Shown piece after piece: positions 27,575 to 37,957 of a DNA stretch of 60,208 nt (position 1 is its first letter; each line of letters starts with the position of its first letter). Both the position numbers and the translations under genes were made by a program. The notes below the pieces were generated by a model, which worked only from the letters and a program-made list of their open reading frames with translations, was not told the origin of the DNA and did no database searches. Origin of the DNA: an uncultured Anaerolineae bacterium (lineage in GTDB: Bacteria; Chloroflexota; Anaerolineae; Fen-1058); contig CAZYXV010000012.1 in the NCBI GenBank assembly GCA_964651475.1, positions 64,001 to 124,208 of the forward strand, given 5' to 3'.

Positions 27575-30258
27575 GGATTACCAGACCACGTAATGACCCG
27601 GCTCTTGGATTGAATGTCGTTCAGCAAGTTGAGCGCCTGGAGCGGCGTCATGTTGGCAATGTCTATAGCCATCAGTTGATGGAACAGGTCTCGCCACGTT
27701 TCGACGCGCGCGTCATAGAGCGCGCGTTCTTCTTTCATCAGCGCTCGTTCGCCGGACGGTATCATGGCCGCCGCGTCGCTTTGCTTTTCTTCTCTTTCCC
27801 GGTTGGCTTCCAGCCCTTGCAATACTTGCTCCGCCCGCCCAATCAGCCGGTCCGGCAAGCCTGCCAGCCGCGCCACGTGGATGCCAAAACTTTTTTCAGA
27901 GCTGCCCGGAATCACCTGCCGCAAAAAGGCAATCTCGTTCCCGCGCTCTCGCACGGCCATTGTGTAATTCTTGACGGCTTGCAGCGTGTTTTCCAGGCGC
28001 GTCAATTCGTCGTAATGCGTGGCGAACAGCGTCTTGGCGCCGACGACATTGCAAATCTCTTCCGCAATCGCCCACGCCAGCGAGATGCCATCGTAGGTTG
28101 ACGTGCCCCGCCCCGCTTCGTCGAGCACGATCAGGCTGCGCGGCGTGGCGTGCCGCAAGATGTAGCTGACCTCGCCCATCTCTACCAGAAACGTCGAGCG
28201 GCCCTGCGACACGTCGTCGCTCGCGCCAGCGCGCGTGAAAATCCGGTCGGTCAGGCCAATGCGGGCAAACGCCGCCGGGACGAAACTGCCCATCTGCGCC
28301 ATCAGTGTGATGAGCGCGACCTGGCGGATGAATACGCTCTTGCCCGACATGTTGGGGCCGGTGAGGATGATGACGCGCTGCGCGTCCTGGTTGAGCCGCG
28401 CGTCGTTCGGAACAAAGCGTTCGCCTTCGCGCAGAAAGCGTTCGACGACGGGGTGCCGCCCTTCGCGGATTTCGATTACGTCGCCGTCGTCTACGATGGG
28501 CATGGTGTAGTTGTAGCGCGCGGCGGCTTGGGCCAATGCTCCCAACGCGTCTATCTGTGCCAGAATCCGCGCCGCCGTTTGCAATAACGTCGAGTGTTCG
28601 GCCAGCGCGCCGCGCACCTGAACAAAAAGTTCGTATTCCAAATCTTTGATGCGGTCCTGAGTGGCGAGGATGCGCGCTTCTTGCGCTTCCAGCTCGGGGG
28701 TCACGTAGCGTTCGGCGTGCGTGATGGTGGCGCGGCGTTCGTAATCTGGCGGCACCCGGTGCGCGGCGCTGCGCGGCACCTCGATGAAAAAGCCAAACAC
28801 CTCGTTGTAGCACACGCGCAGCTTGTTGATCCCGGTGCGTTCGCGTTCCTTTTCTTCCAACTCGTTCAGCCAGTGCTTGTCGCGCGCGGCGGCGCTGCGC
28901 AACTCGTCGAGAGATGCATCATAGCCCGGCTTGATGATGCCGCCTTCGCGGATAAAAATTGGCGGCTCGTCTACGATGGCGCGCTCGATCAACCCCGCCA
29001 GGCGCGAGGCGCCCGGCTCATCCAGGCTCTGTTCCAATTCGCGCAGATGGGTGGAGGAGGTTTGGGCAAGTTGGGTTTTGATGTGCGGCAGGCGCATCAA
29101 CGCGCGTTTGAGCGCGATGAGGTCGCGCGCATTGGCGTTCCCGAATCCGATGCGTCCCACCAGGCGCTCGACATCGTACAAACCGTCGAGCAGTTGGCGC
29201 AGGTCTCCCCTCACAAAGGCGTTGTGGACCAGTTCGTCCACGGCGCCAAGCCGCGCTTGGATCTGGGCCATGTCCAGGAGCGGTTGGTGAATCCAGCGTT
29301 TGAGCAGCCGCGCGCCCATCGCCGTCACGGTGTGATCCAGCACGCCAAACAGGTGGCGCGGCGAGCGTTCGTCCGAATAAAGCGGCGCGGTCAATTCCAG
29401 GTTGCGGCGCGTCGCGGCGTCCAGCGTCATATAGTCGGAAAGCGAAAAAGTCCAAAGCTGGCTCACGTGCAGCAGCGGCGAAATGCTCTGGTTGCTTTTG
29501 AGGTAATACAACGCCGCGCCCGCCGCCGCTGTGGCCAGGGGCAGGCGCTCGCACCCGCAAGCATCCAGCGTTGCCGCGTGAAAATGCTCCAGCAGCGCGC
29601 GCCGCGCCGTCTCAACGTCGCCGGCGCTATCCTCGATGGGCGATAGCCTGGCGGGGCGGATGGCTTGCAGGCGCGCGGCAAACGCCTCGTCGTTCAAAAG
29701 CGCCCGCGGCAGCACGTACTCGCTCACCGGTGCGCGCTCCAGTTCGTCCAGCAGCCCGGCTTCCGCGCCGTCGCCCTCGATTTGCGTTGTGGCAAACTCG
29801 CCCGTCGAAAGCTCTATTAGCGCGAGGCCATAACTTGCTTTGGAGGGGGAGGGGGCGGCGCGGACAATCGCCGCTAAATAGTTTTCGCTCTTGGCGTGCA
29901 GCAGCGCGTCTTCTACGACGGTGCCCGGCGTGATGATGCGAACCACGTCACGCTTGACCAGGCGTTTGACTTTTTTGGCGTCTTCGAGCTGCTCGACGAG
30001 CGCTACCTTGTAGCCCTTGTCAATCAACTTGCCGATGTATGCTTGCACCTGGTGGTGCGGGACGCCCGCCATGGGCAGGCGCACATCTTTGGAAAAGGCG
30101 CGCGCCGTCAAAGCCAGATCAAGCTCGCGCGCCGCGGTTTTGGCGTCGTCCTCGAACGTCTCGTAAAAGTCGCCCAAGCGGAACAGGACAATCGCGTCTG
30201 GGAAACGCGCCTTGATTTGCCGGTACTGCGCGAGCATGGGAGTGGTGCTTTTTGCCAT
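27571..30258 (-). CDS. mutS: DNA mismatch repair protein MutS
   Basis: 895 aa. TPMLAQYRQIKARFPDAIVLFRLGDFYETFEDDA N-terminus, Walker A GPNMSGKS and the ABC-like ATPase C-domain. 4-nt overlap with mutL. Confidence 0.95.
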   Translation of the reverse strand: MAKSTTPMLAQYRQIKARFPDAIVLFRLGDFYETFEDDAKTAARELDLALTARAFSKDVRLPMAGVPHHQVQAYIGKLIDKGYKVALVEQLEDAKKVKRLVKRDVVRIITPGTVVEDALLHAKSENYLAAIVRAAPSPSKASYGLALIELSTGEFATTQIEGDGAEAGLLDELERAPVSEYVLPRALLNDEAFAARLQAIRPARLSPIEDSAGDVETARRALLEHFHAATLDACGCERLPLATAAAGAALYYLKSNQSISPLLHVSQLWTFSLSDYMTLDAATRRNLELTAPLYSDERSPRHLFGVLDHTVTAMGARLLKRWIHQPLLDMAQIQARLGAVDELVHNAFVRGDLRQLLDGLYDVERLVGRIGFGNANARDLIALKRALMRLPHIKTQLAQTSSTHLRELEQSLDEPGASRLAGLIERAIVDEPPIFIREGGIIKPGYDASLDELRSAAARDKHWLNELEEKERERTGINKLRVCYNEVFGFFIEVPRSAAHRVPPDYERRATITHAERYVTPELEAQEARILATQDRIKDLEYELFVQVRGALAEHSTLLQTAARILAQIDALGALAQAAARYNYTMPIVDDGDVIEIREGRHPVVERFLREGERFVPNDARLNQDAQRVIILTGPNMSGKSVFIRQVALITLMAQMGSFVPAAFARIGLTDRIFTRAGASDDVSQGRSTFLVEMGEVSYILRHATPRSLIVLDEAGRGTSTYDGISLAWAIAEEICNVVGAKTLFATHYDELTRLENTLQAVKNYTMAVRERGNEIAFLRQVIPGSSEKSFGIHVARLAGLPDRLIGRAEQVLQGLEANREREEKQSDAAAMIPSGERALMKEERALYDARVETWRDLFHQLMAIDIANMTPLQALNLLNDIQSKSRVITWSGNP

Positions 30259-30353
30259 GGGTCCAGTCTATTTGCTGCATTGATTTCACTATTATTCTAC
30301 CACAACTCAATCATTTTATCCGTTTGCATAGATAAATTAGAACGAATTTTCTA

Positions 30354-30382
30354 TTGACTTTTTTACCTTGGGGCGTTATCAT
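30354..30382 (+). promoter_or_regulatory. Sigma70-like promoter in the AT-rich divergent region upstream of the three-gene + strand operon
   Basis: TTGACT, 17-nt spacer, TATCAT. About 90 nt upstream of the ATG at 30474. Confidence 0.4.
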
Positions 30383-30473
30383 ATTTTATTAACTATAGGA
30401 ACCACGCTTTGATTATTGAGGACGGGGGGAGGATGCCATAACGCGCCGAGAGGGGCGCTTGAAGCAGAGGTGA

Positions 30474-31283
30474 GTGATGCGGGAACTGGCTATCTTGCTC
30501 ATCATCGTAACCATTATAGCCGCTTTTGTGTCCGGCCTGGCGTCGGCGGGTTTCTCGTTCGGCAACCTGATTGTAGACGATAGCGGCCTGGCGTGGCGCG
30601 ATCCACAAAGCGAGGCGCGCGCTGCGGCGATTGCGCAAGAATCGGCAGATATGGCCGCTCAACGCGCGGTGGAGCGCCGGGCATTAGAGTTGCAGAATGA
30701 CGTGGAGCAGCGCGCGCAACCGGCGGCGGTATTGGGCAAGGCGCTCACGTACACTGGCCTGGGCCTGGGCGCGCTCATTTTGGCCGTGGGCCTGGCGTTT
30801 GCGGGCGTGGCGTGGGCGAACAAGCACGCCACCTCAATTTATCCCAATGCGGCAGGGCAATATCCCGTCATCGTCCGGCGCGGATTTGGGTGGGTGACGT
30901 TCCACGATCCCAATCGTGGACTGGGGCCCGCGGCGGTATATCGGACGCCCACTATGCTTGATGTGCTCGCCAGCGCGGTGGCTACGGTCAGGGGATTGGC
31001 TGCGCCCCGGCCTCAGGTGCAGGCCAGCTTTCCGGCGCCGGCCGATCAAGAGGCGATGTTGCAAGTGGCCAGCCAGGCGCAAGCGGTGGGGTTGATGGCG
31101 GCGGCGACGCGGCCCTCCGGTATTCTGAATAGCGCCGCGCCCCACCCCAAAGAGGCGCGGCAATTGGTAAAAGAGATGGTTCAGGGAACGGGGCCGGCTT
31201 TGAGCGGGCGCATGCCGGCCATCCGGGTGATTGACGATCAGGCGCAGGCAGACAAGTTGCTGATGTTGTTTGAGGGAGAGTGA
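30474..31283 (+). CDS. Hypothetical membrane protein (2 predicted TM helices)
   Basis: 269 aa. N-terminal TM ILLIIVTIIAAFVSGLASAGF and a second TM LGLGALILAVGLAFAGVAWA. No recognised domain. Confidence 0.5.
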   Translation: MMRELAILLIIVTIIAAFVSGLASAGFSFGNLIVDDSGLAWRDPQSEARAAAIAQESADMAAQRAVERRALELQNDVEQRAQPAAVLGKALTYTGLGLGALILAVGLAFAGVAWANKHATSIYPNAAGQYPVIVRRGFGWVTFHDPNRGLGPAAVYRTPTMLDVLASAVATVRGLAAPRPQVQASFPAPADQEAMLQVASQAQAVGLMAAATRPSGILNSAAPHPKEARQLVKEMVQGTGPALSGRMPAIRVIDDQAQADKLLMLFEGE

Positions 31284-32119
31284 TGCGGCGAGCAGTTTTG
31301 TCCCTTGCGATATGCGGCGCCGCGATCTTGGGGCTGGCGCTGAGTGTATCTGCCCCGGCGGGCGCACAGGACGGCGGCCCCGGCGCAATTGACGCTTTGG
31401 CGACGCAGGCGGCGATTGAAGCCATGGCGACGGCGCAGGCCCTGAACGCGGGGGCAGCCGCCGGCAACGCCGCCAGCCAGGCCGCTCAACTGGAAGCGCA
31501 AGCCGCCGCGGCCAGGGCGGCTGCCGCTCAACAGGCGGCGGCGGCCACGCGCCAGGCGGCGGATATGCAGGCGCGCCAGGCGCAGGCGCAAGCCACAAGC
31601 CAGGCCGCTATCTTGCAGGCGACGCTATCGGCCCAGGCCACCCGGAGCGCCATCGAGGCGACGGCGACGCAAGAGGCCATGAATGCGGCAGCAACGGCCC
31701 AGGCGCAATCGGCGCAGGCCACCGCGCAAGCGATCCACGCCGCGGCCACCAGCCAGGCGCTCGACGCGCAGGCCACGCGCGCCGTATACGAAATTGCCAT
31801 CGCGCAAAGCCAGGATCAGGCCCGGCTGGGGCAGGCCATGCTTTACCTGGCGGCGGCGCTGGCGTTGGGCGGGGTGGCTTATGTTGTGATCGTTTGGGCG
31901 CGGGCAGCTGCTCGCAAGGTGGTCCAACCCGCCTCAGGCCAGGCCGCGGCAATGGTGGGAGATGTTGTGATAGATGTTACACCTGCCCCGCTTCCGGCGC
32001 TGCCCATGTCTGCGACCCGGATGAGCAGGGTGAAAATCATCAATGACCCGCGCGTGGTCGCGGCGGCGGTGAGATGGTTCGACGGTCAAGACGAGGACGA
32101 TAATGAGCGTGCAGATTGA
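31280..32119 (+). CDS. Secreted or anchored Ala/Gln-rich low-complexity repeat protein
   Basis: 279 aa. Signal peptide MMRRAVLSLAICGAAILGLALSVSAPAGAQ, then about 170 aa of AQA/ATAQA-type repeats and a C-terminal hydrophobic anchor LYLAAALALGGVAYVVIVWA. ATGA overlap with the upstream gene. Confidence 0.5.
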   Translation: MMRRAVLSLAICGAAILGLALSVSAPAGAQDGGPGAIDALATQAAIEAMATAQALNAGAAAGNAASQAAQLEAQAAAARAAAAQQAAAATRQAADMQARQAQAQATSQAAILQATLSAQATRSAIEATATQEAMNAAATAQAQSAQATAQAIHAAATSQALDAQATRAVYEIAIAQSQDQARLGQAMLYLAAALALGGVAYVVIVWARAAARKVVQPASGQAAAMVGDVVIDVTPAPLPALPMSATRMSRVKIINDPRVVAAAVRWFDGQDEDDNERAD

Positions 32120-33290
32120 GCCTGTTTCCAGGCACTTGCCGGCGAGCCTGCCGCGCGAAGTGGAGCGGATGGGATACAGAATCCTTTCGGCGCTCGACCG
32201 GCTAGGCTTTGTGCACCAGAACCGGGATGGCACAGTCTTTACAGTGCGCTTTAGCGAGGCGGCCGTGTTTGGCGACGAACTGGCGACGTACTCGATTGAC
32301 CTGGAGCGCTTGTGGCACTTTCGGGCGGGCGACCTGGCCAGCCCCAAAGTGGTCGAGCATTTGGGCATGGTGCTGCACAAACCCGTGCGAGTCAACACCG
32401 TCAACGGTTTGATGTACGTTGTGCGCCTGAAAACGCCGCAGCCCACGCCGCGGTTGCCGGCGCGCGTTAGCCTCGATTTGGATGCGCGGCCCGCGAGCGA
32501 GTTGGCGATACCGATTGGGGTTGGGCGCTCTGGCCCGGTGTGGCGGGATTTGCCCGACGTTGGCCACGCGCTGATCGCAGGCGCGACGGGCAGCGGCAAA
32601 TCCACCTGGCTGCACGCGGCGCTGGCAAGCCTCTTGACCCACAACAGCCCCGACCGGCTACAGGTGGCGCTGATTGACCCCAAGCGAAGCGAGTTGGCCA
32701 TCTGGCAGAGCGCGCCTCACGTGTTGGCGCCGCTGGCGTACAACGTGGCGGGCGCAACGCAGGTGTTGGCCGATTTGGCCGGCGAGGTCAACGGGCGCGG
32801 CGATTTGTTCGCGCGCGCCGGCGCGCGCGATCTTGCCACCTACAACCGGCGCGCGGCGCGCCCGCTGCCGGTGATTCTGGCCGTGATAGACGAGGGGCTG
32901 GACCTTTTGTTAGATGCGGGAGATCGCTCTGAATTGGTGGCGCATCTAAAGGCGCTGACGATGAGAGGGCGAAGCGCGGGCGTGTACGTGTGGTTTGCCA
33001 CCCAGCACGCCAGCGCCGCCAGCGGCTTGCCGCGCGTGGTGAACGTCAACCTGGTGACGCGGCTGGTCTTTCACGTGGCAGACGGCAACGCGGCCCAGGT
33101 GGCTGGCTGCCCCGGCGCGCAGCACATCCCGCTGGATAGGCCCGGACGCATGCTGGCCAAGGTGGGAAAGGACCCCATCGAGTTGCAAGGATACTGGTTA
33201 GCAGATAAGGACCTGGTGGCGCTGGCGCAACTTGTCAGCGCCAGGCGCGGCTCTATCTTGACCGACGCAATCAACTCGGTGGTGATGTGA
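32103..33290 (+). CDS. FtsK/SpoIIIE-family P-loop ATPase (single ATPase domain)
   Basis: 395 aa. Walker A LIAGATGSGKST, LIDPKRSELAIW, Walker B AVIDEGLDLL, VWFATQHAS. Confidence 0.75.
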   Translation: MSVQIEPVSRHLPASLPREVERMGYRILSALDRLGFVHQNRDGTVFTVRFSEAAVFGDELATYSIDLERLWHFRAGDLASPKVVEHLGMVLHKPVRVNTVNGLMYVVRLKTPQPTPRLPARVSLDLDARPASELAIPIGVGRSGPVWRDLPDVGHALIAGATGSGKSTWLHAALASLLTHNSPDRLQVALIDPKRSELAIWQSAPHVLAPLAYNVAGATQVLADLAGEVNGRGDLFARAGARDLATYNRRAARPLPVILAVIDEGLDLLLDAGDRSELVAHLKALTMRGRSAGVYVWFATQHASAASGLPRVVNVNLVTRLVFHVADGNAAQVAGCPGAQHIPLDRPGRMLAKVGKDPIELQGYWLADKDLVALAQLVSARRGSILTDAINSVVM

Positions 33291-33335
33291 TTTTACGTTT
33301 GATGTGAAAACGTATATAATAACTGGGATGCTGTG

Positions 33336-33370
33336 ACCCCCAGAGTTCCATAAACTCTGGGGGTTTATTT
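33336..33370 (+). terminator. Rho-independent terminator ending the three-gene operon
   Basis: CCCCCAGAGTT-ccataa-AACTCTGGGGG perfect 11-bp stem followed by TTTATTT. Confidence 0.8.
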
Positions 33371-33413
33371 AGTCAAGCGCGATGAATCTAAAATTTACGA
33401 GTGAGGATACAAA

Positions 33414-34571
33414 TTGATGGTATACAACTTTGATCAACGGATTGACCGGCGTTCTTCTGAAAGCATCAAGTGGCGCGCTTACGGCCCGGACGTGTTGCCT
33501 ATGTGGGTGGCCGATATGGATTTTGCGTCGCCCGAACCCGTGATTCGCGCGCTGCGCGAGCGCGTGGAGCACGGCGTGTTTGGCTACCCTGAAGCTCCCG
33601 CCGGGTTGCGCGAGGCGATCGTGGACCGGCTGCAACGCCTCTACGATTGGCGCGTTTCGCCCGAGGCGCTGCTCTTTTTGCCGGGCGTGGTCACCGGCTT
33701 TAACCTGGCCTGCCACGCGATAGGCTCGCCTGGCGATGGCGTGTTGGTGCAGACGCCGGTTTACTTTCCTATCCTCTACGCTCCCGGCAACGCCGGACTG
33801 AGCCGCGACGAGATGGAACTGACGCGCCAATCAGGCGGGTGTTACGAGGTTGATTTTGATCGCTTTGAGCAGACCATCACCGAGCGGACGCGCCTTTTTA
33901 TCTTGTGCAATCCGCATAACCCGGTGGGGCGCGTCTTTGGCCGCGCCGAGTTGGAGCGCATGGCCGAAGTGTGCCTCCGCCACAATGTTGTCATTTGCTC
34001 AGATGAAATTCACTGTGATTTATTGCTCGACGGCCACCGCCATGTGCCGATGGCGTCTTTATCGCCCGAAATTGCCAATCAGACCATCACGTTGATCGCG
34101 CCGAGCAAAACATTCAATATCGCCGGCCTGGAGTGTTCGGTGGCGATTGCCCAAAACCCCGAGTTGCTGAAAAAGCTCAAAACGAGCGGGAAAGGGTTGG
34201 TGGGTGGGGTGAACGTCTTGGGCTACACGGCAGCCTTGGCGGCCTTTCGCGACGGCCAGGCGTGGTTAGACGAGCTGCTGCGTTACCTGGAGGCCAACAG
34301 CGATTTTCTTTTCCAATATGTTGGCAAACACTTGGCCGGGGTGACGGTGTGCAAACCGGAAGGCACGTACCTGGCATGGCTGGACTGCCGCCAGGCAGGC
34401 ATCCCCGGCAACCCGCACGAGTTCTTTTTAAAGCAGGCCAGGGTAGCCGTGAACGATGGGGCGGCGTTTGGCCGGGGGGGCGAAGGATTTGTCAGGCTGA
34501 ACTTTGGCTGCCCACGTTCAATGTTGACCGAGGCGCTCGACCGGATGAAGGACGCGCTGGCTAGCTTTTAA
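33414..34571 (+). CDS. PatB/MalY-type C-S lyase (class I/II aminotransferase fold)
   Basis: 385 aa. MVYNFDQRIDRRSSESIKWRAY MalY/PatB N-terminal hallmark and a PLP-fold core. Confidence 0.8.
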   Translation: MMVYNFDQRIDRRSSESIKWRAYGPDVLPMWVADMDFASPEPVIRALRERVEHGVFGYPEAPAGLREAIVDRLQRLYDWRVSPEALLFLPGVVTGFNLACHAIGSPGDGVLVQTPVYFPILYAPGNAGLSRDEMELTRQSGGCYEVDFDRFEQTITERTRLFILCNPHNPVGRVFGRAELERMAEVCLRHNVVICSDEIHCDLLLDGHRHVPMASLSPEIANQTITLIAPSKTFNIAGLECSVAIAQNPELLKKLKTSGKGLVGGVNVLGYTAALAAFRDGQAWLDELLRYLEANSDFLFQYVGKHLAGVTVCKPEGTYLAWLDCRQAGIPGNPHEFFLKQARVAVNDGAAFGRGGEGFVRLNFGCPRSMLTEALDRMKDALASF

Positions 34572-37005
34572 CTTGCGGCAATTCGACGACGAAACGCGCC
34601 CCGCTCGCCGCGCCCGGTTCCTCAGTTGAGGGGGCGGCGGATTCGACCCAGATATGCCCGGCGTGGCGCTCGACTACGATAGACCAGCATAGCCACAACC
34701 CCAGGCCCGTTCCTTCTCCCACATCCTTGGTGGTGAAAAAGGGTTCGAATATCCGCGCCTGCGCGGCGTGGGGAACGCCCGGCCCGTTATCTTCCACTTC
34801 TAATCGCAGCCAGGTCTTGCTCGGCGTTTCGGCGTCTTGTTTGTATGCGGTGCGCACTATCAAGCGGGGTTTATAGTCTCGGCCCCGCTTTTCTTTCTCT
34901 CTGCCCATAGCTTGCGCCGCGTTGCGGACCAGGTTGAGGATAACCTGTTGAATTTGCTGCCCATCGCACGTCACCGCCGGCAGGTCAGGCGCCAGTTCGT
35001 ACACGATGCTGATATCCCGAAAGTCAAACTTTTTCTTCAGATCATAATCGGTGGCGGCCAGGTCGAGTGTTTTCTCGACCAAAGTGTTCAGGTCGTGCGA
35101 GGCAACATCCACAGGACTCTTGCGCGAAAAACTGAGCAAGTCGGCGACGATTTTGGCGGCGCGCCCCCCGGCGTTGCGAATGCCGTCCACGTAATCCAGC
35201 ACTTGCCGTTCTCGCAGGTAACTTGCCAGGCTCGTGGCGTCAATGCCGCACGTTTTCAGGCGTTCCTGTGTGAGCGGGCGCTCTATATCAAAAGCCAATT
35301 GGAGCATCTGGGCGCTTTGTATGATCGCAGTCAGGGGGTTGTTGATTTCGTGGGCTATGCCGGCCGTCAAGCCGCCGATGCTGGCCAGCTTGGCCGATTG
35401 CAGCATAATGTCTTCCAATTGCACGCGCTGCGTTACGTCGTCAATGCGCAGCACCACCCCTTCGATGCCATTGTCGCCCAGTGGGAAAACACTCGCATCG
35501 CGATACAGGACGCCGTTTTCGGTGGGGTAGGGTTCTTTGTGCCGGTGCGCGACTTGATTTTCTTGGATGACGTGCTCGACCATGTCTCGGTAGCGTGTCA
35601 GTTCGGGACAGACCAGCCACAAGGGTCGGCCTTGCACCTGGCTGGCGGATTTCCCCGTCATCGCCTGGGCGGCTGGATTCCAGGTGAGCACCTGGCCGGC
35701 AAGGTCGAGTGTGATCAAAACCGACGGCATCGAATCGGTGATGTTTTGAAGCAGGTGCTGCAAGCGCGCGATTTCGAGCTCTGCTTGCTTGCGTTCGGTG
35801 ATATCTTCCAGGCTGCCTTCGTAGTACAAAACTTCCCCGGCGTCGTTCCTGAATGCGTGGCTGCTATCTCGCACCCAGATGATGGCGCCGTCGTTTCGGC
35901 GGAGTTGCGCCTCAAAATCATGCACGACGCCCTGGCGTTCCATCGTGGCGCGCCATTGTCTGCGCGCCTCGGAATCCACGTAAGAGTTGACGGCATTGGT
36001 CGCCAGCATCGCTTTTCGGTCCAGAACGCCGAGAATGTTCATCATGGCCAGGTTGGCATCCAGCACGTCGCCTTGGGGAGTGGTGCGATAGAGGCCCGCC
36101 GGCACGCCGTTAAACAGGCTGCGGTAGTGTTCTTCACTGCGGCGGAGCGCTTCTTGCGTCCGCTTGAGTTCGGCGACGCGCAATTCCAGGTTGCTGACCA
36201 ATTGTTGCAGCCGGACGGCCATCTCGTTGAATGCCTCGGCTAACATGCCGACCTCGTCGTGGCTGCGCGTGTATACTTTTTGGTTCAGATGCCCTTGCGC
36301 CATGCGTTGGGCGCCTTGGAGCAAGTCAATGAGTGGAGAGGTCAGGCGACGCGCCAACCACCATCCCACCAGCAATGTGAGCGGCGCGGTGGCCAGGAAG
36401 GAAGTCAGGGCGATGCGGCGGGCTTGCGCTTCGCTGACGAGAACGGTGGTCGCGTCCAGGTCTATTCTCAACACGCCATCCATCTTGTGAAAGCGGTCAT
36501 AAATCGGCGCATAGCCGCTCAAAAACGTGCCGGTCGAGTCGGTATAAAGTGCATCTTCGATAAAGGGGACAGTGATCGAGCCTAGATCCAATCTGGACAA
36601 TCTGCTGTGTGGCGGATAATCTTGGGCCACGTGCGCTGGCTGAACCACGTCAACATCAACTACGTAAACGAGGCGGCCATCGTTTTGCTGGCGCAACGTG
36701 TGAACTCGTTTGATGGCGCTGCTGGTGGCCTGGATGTAGCCAAGCTGCCTGGCAATCACTTCGTAAAACGGGCTGTTTTCATCTTCTGGCGAACGAATCA
36801 GTGAGTGAAAGTCCCCATCTACGAGCGGGGTAGCCAGGTTGATGATGTCATACAGGCGCTCGCGAATCGCCTGGCGCTGCGCCATGCGCAGTTGCCAGTA
36901 CAGGCTATAGGCCAGCGTTCCGCATATAATCAAAATCAAGATTGAATATACGGCTGTCAGCTTGGTGCTCAGCTTCCAATGGCGTTGAGCTTGATTCATG
37001 CTCAT
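34561..37005 (-). CDS. Multi-sensor histidine kinase (periplasmic sensor, HAMP, PAS repeats, HisKA, HATPase_c)
   Basis: 814 aa. HAMP (LARRLTSPLIDLLQGAQRMAQGHL), PAS segments, H-box AHEINNPLTAI, and G1/G2 boxes (GPGVPHAAQARIFEPFFTTK...GTGLGL). Confidence 0.85.
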   Translation of the reverse strand: MSMNQAQRHWKLSTKLTAVYSILILIICGTLAYSLYWQLRMAQRQAIRERLYDIINLATPLVDGDFHSLIRSPEDENSPFYEVIARQLGYIQATSSAIKRVHTLRQQNDGRLVYVVDVDVVQPAHVAQDYPPHSRLSRLDLGSITVPFIEDALYTDSTGTFLSGYAPIYDRFHKMDGVLRIDLDATTVLVSEAQARRIALTSFLATAPLTLLVGWWLARRLTSPLIDLLQGAQRMAQGHLNQKVYTRSHDEVGMLAEAFNEMAVRLQQLVSNLELRVAELKRTQEALRRSEEHYRSLFNGVPAGLYRTTPQGDVLDANLAMMNILGVLDRKAMLATNAVNSYVDSEARRQWRATMERQGVVHDFEAQLRRNDGAIIWVRDSSHAFRNDAGEVLYYEGSLEDITERKQAELEIARLQHLLQNITDSMPSVLITLDLAGQVLTWNPAAQAMTGKSASQVQGRPLWLVCPELTRYRDMVEHVIQENQVAHRHKEPYPTENGVLYRDASVFPLGDNGIEGVVLRIDDVTQRVQLEDIMLQSAKLASIGGLTAGIAHEINNPLTAIIQSAQMLQLAFDIERPLTQERLKTCGIDATSLASYLRERQVLDYVDGIRNAGGRAAKIVADLLSFSRKSPVDVASHDLNTLVEKTLDLAATDYDLKKKFDFRDISIVYELAPDLPAVTCDGQQIQQVILNLVRNAAQAMGREKEKRGRDYKPRLIVRTAYKQDAETPSKTWLRLEVEDNGPGVPHAAQARIFEPFFTTKDVGEGTGLGLWLCWSIVVERHAGHIWVESAAPSTEEPGAASGARFVVELPQVKS

Positions 37006-37069
37006 TCTTTGCTACACGACCTCCATTTCGCTTGCGCTGGGCGGTCTTGGGGGTATTGGCGTCTTGGCT

Positions 37070-37957
37070 TTATCCATCTGTGGTGGGCGATAGCCAGATG
37101 TTATACAGCCGGTCGAATGTACCATCTTGCTTCATGTTTGTCAAGGCCGCGTCGATAGCTTGCAGTAATTCTCGCTCGTTTTTGTGAACGGCAATGCCCA
37201 GGCTGGCGCGAGATAAAAAGTGTACCTGGCCAGCGTCATCCGCAACGATTTTGAGAGCGGAGCGCGAGCTTTTCAGGTAGGCCAACGTGTTGAGATAATC
37301 GTTAAAAATCACGTCTATGCGCCCGACTTCCAGGTCCAAAAATGAATCGAGCGTGTCTTTGTATTCGTGGACGTCCAGGGCGATGCCCTGCGCCGCCAGG
37401 TCGTGAGCGTATGCGTCGCCCGTTGCGCCAATCTTGACCCCCACCTTCAGGCTCGCTAAATCCTGGACGGTCCTGACTTGATTTTGCAATCCAGGGCGGA
37501 TCACCATCACTAATCCCGTATCGAGATATGGCTCGGCAAAATCTACCACAGCTTGTCGCTCGGGCGTGATGTACATTGCAGCAATAATCATATCCACCCG
37601 CTGGTTTCGCAAGGAGGGGACGAGCGCGGCAAAGGGCATTTCAATCCATTCGAGTTCGACGTCCAGTTTACGGGCGATGTATTCGGCAGTGTCTACATCA
37701 AAGCCCACCAGTTGCCCGCTTTGGGGATCGTGAAATTCAAACGGCTGGGTGATAGCCGTGCCCACTATCAGCCTGCCCCTGGCTTTGATTTGGACCAGAG
37801 AAGGTAGGGTGGCAGGCAATGCCGCCGCCGGTGATGGAGTAACGGGCATTGGCCTGGGTTCGATTCGGGAGGCGCATCCAAGCAAAACGAACGTCAACAA
37901 AAGAACCCGGGCGAGCCGGCCAGGTTTTTGTGTGAGGCGCTGTTTCACTTTTTCCAT
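37070..37957 (-). CDS. ABC-transporter family-3 substrate-binding protein (amino-acid-binding type), lipoprotein
   Basis: 295 aa. Signal plus LLGCASR lipobox. SBP_bac_3-like core (LIVGTAITQPFEF...DMIIAAMYITPERQ). Confidence 0.75.
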   Translation of the reverse strand: MEKVKQRLTQKPGRLARVLLLTFVLLGCASRIEPRPMPVTPSPAAALPATLPSLVQIKARGRLIVGTAITQPFEFHDPQSGQLVGFDVDTAEYIARKLDVELEWIEMPFAALVPSLRNQRVDMIIAAMYITPERQAVVDFAEPYLDTGLVMVIRPGLQNQVRTVQDLASLKVGVKIGATGDAYAHDLAAQGIALDVHEYKDTLDSFLDLEVGRIDVIFNDYLNTLAYLKSSRSALKIVADDAGQVHFLSRASLGIAVHKNERELLQAIDAALTNMKQDGTFDRLYNIWLSPTTDG

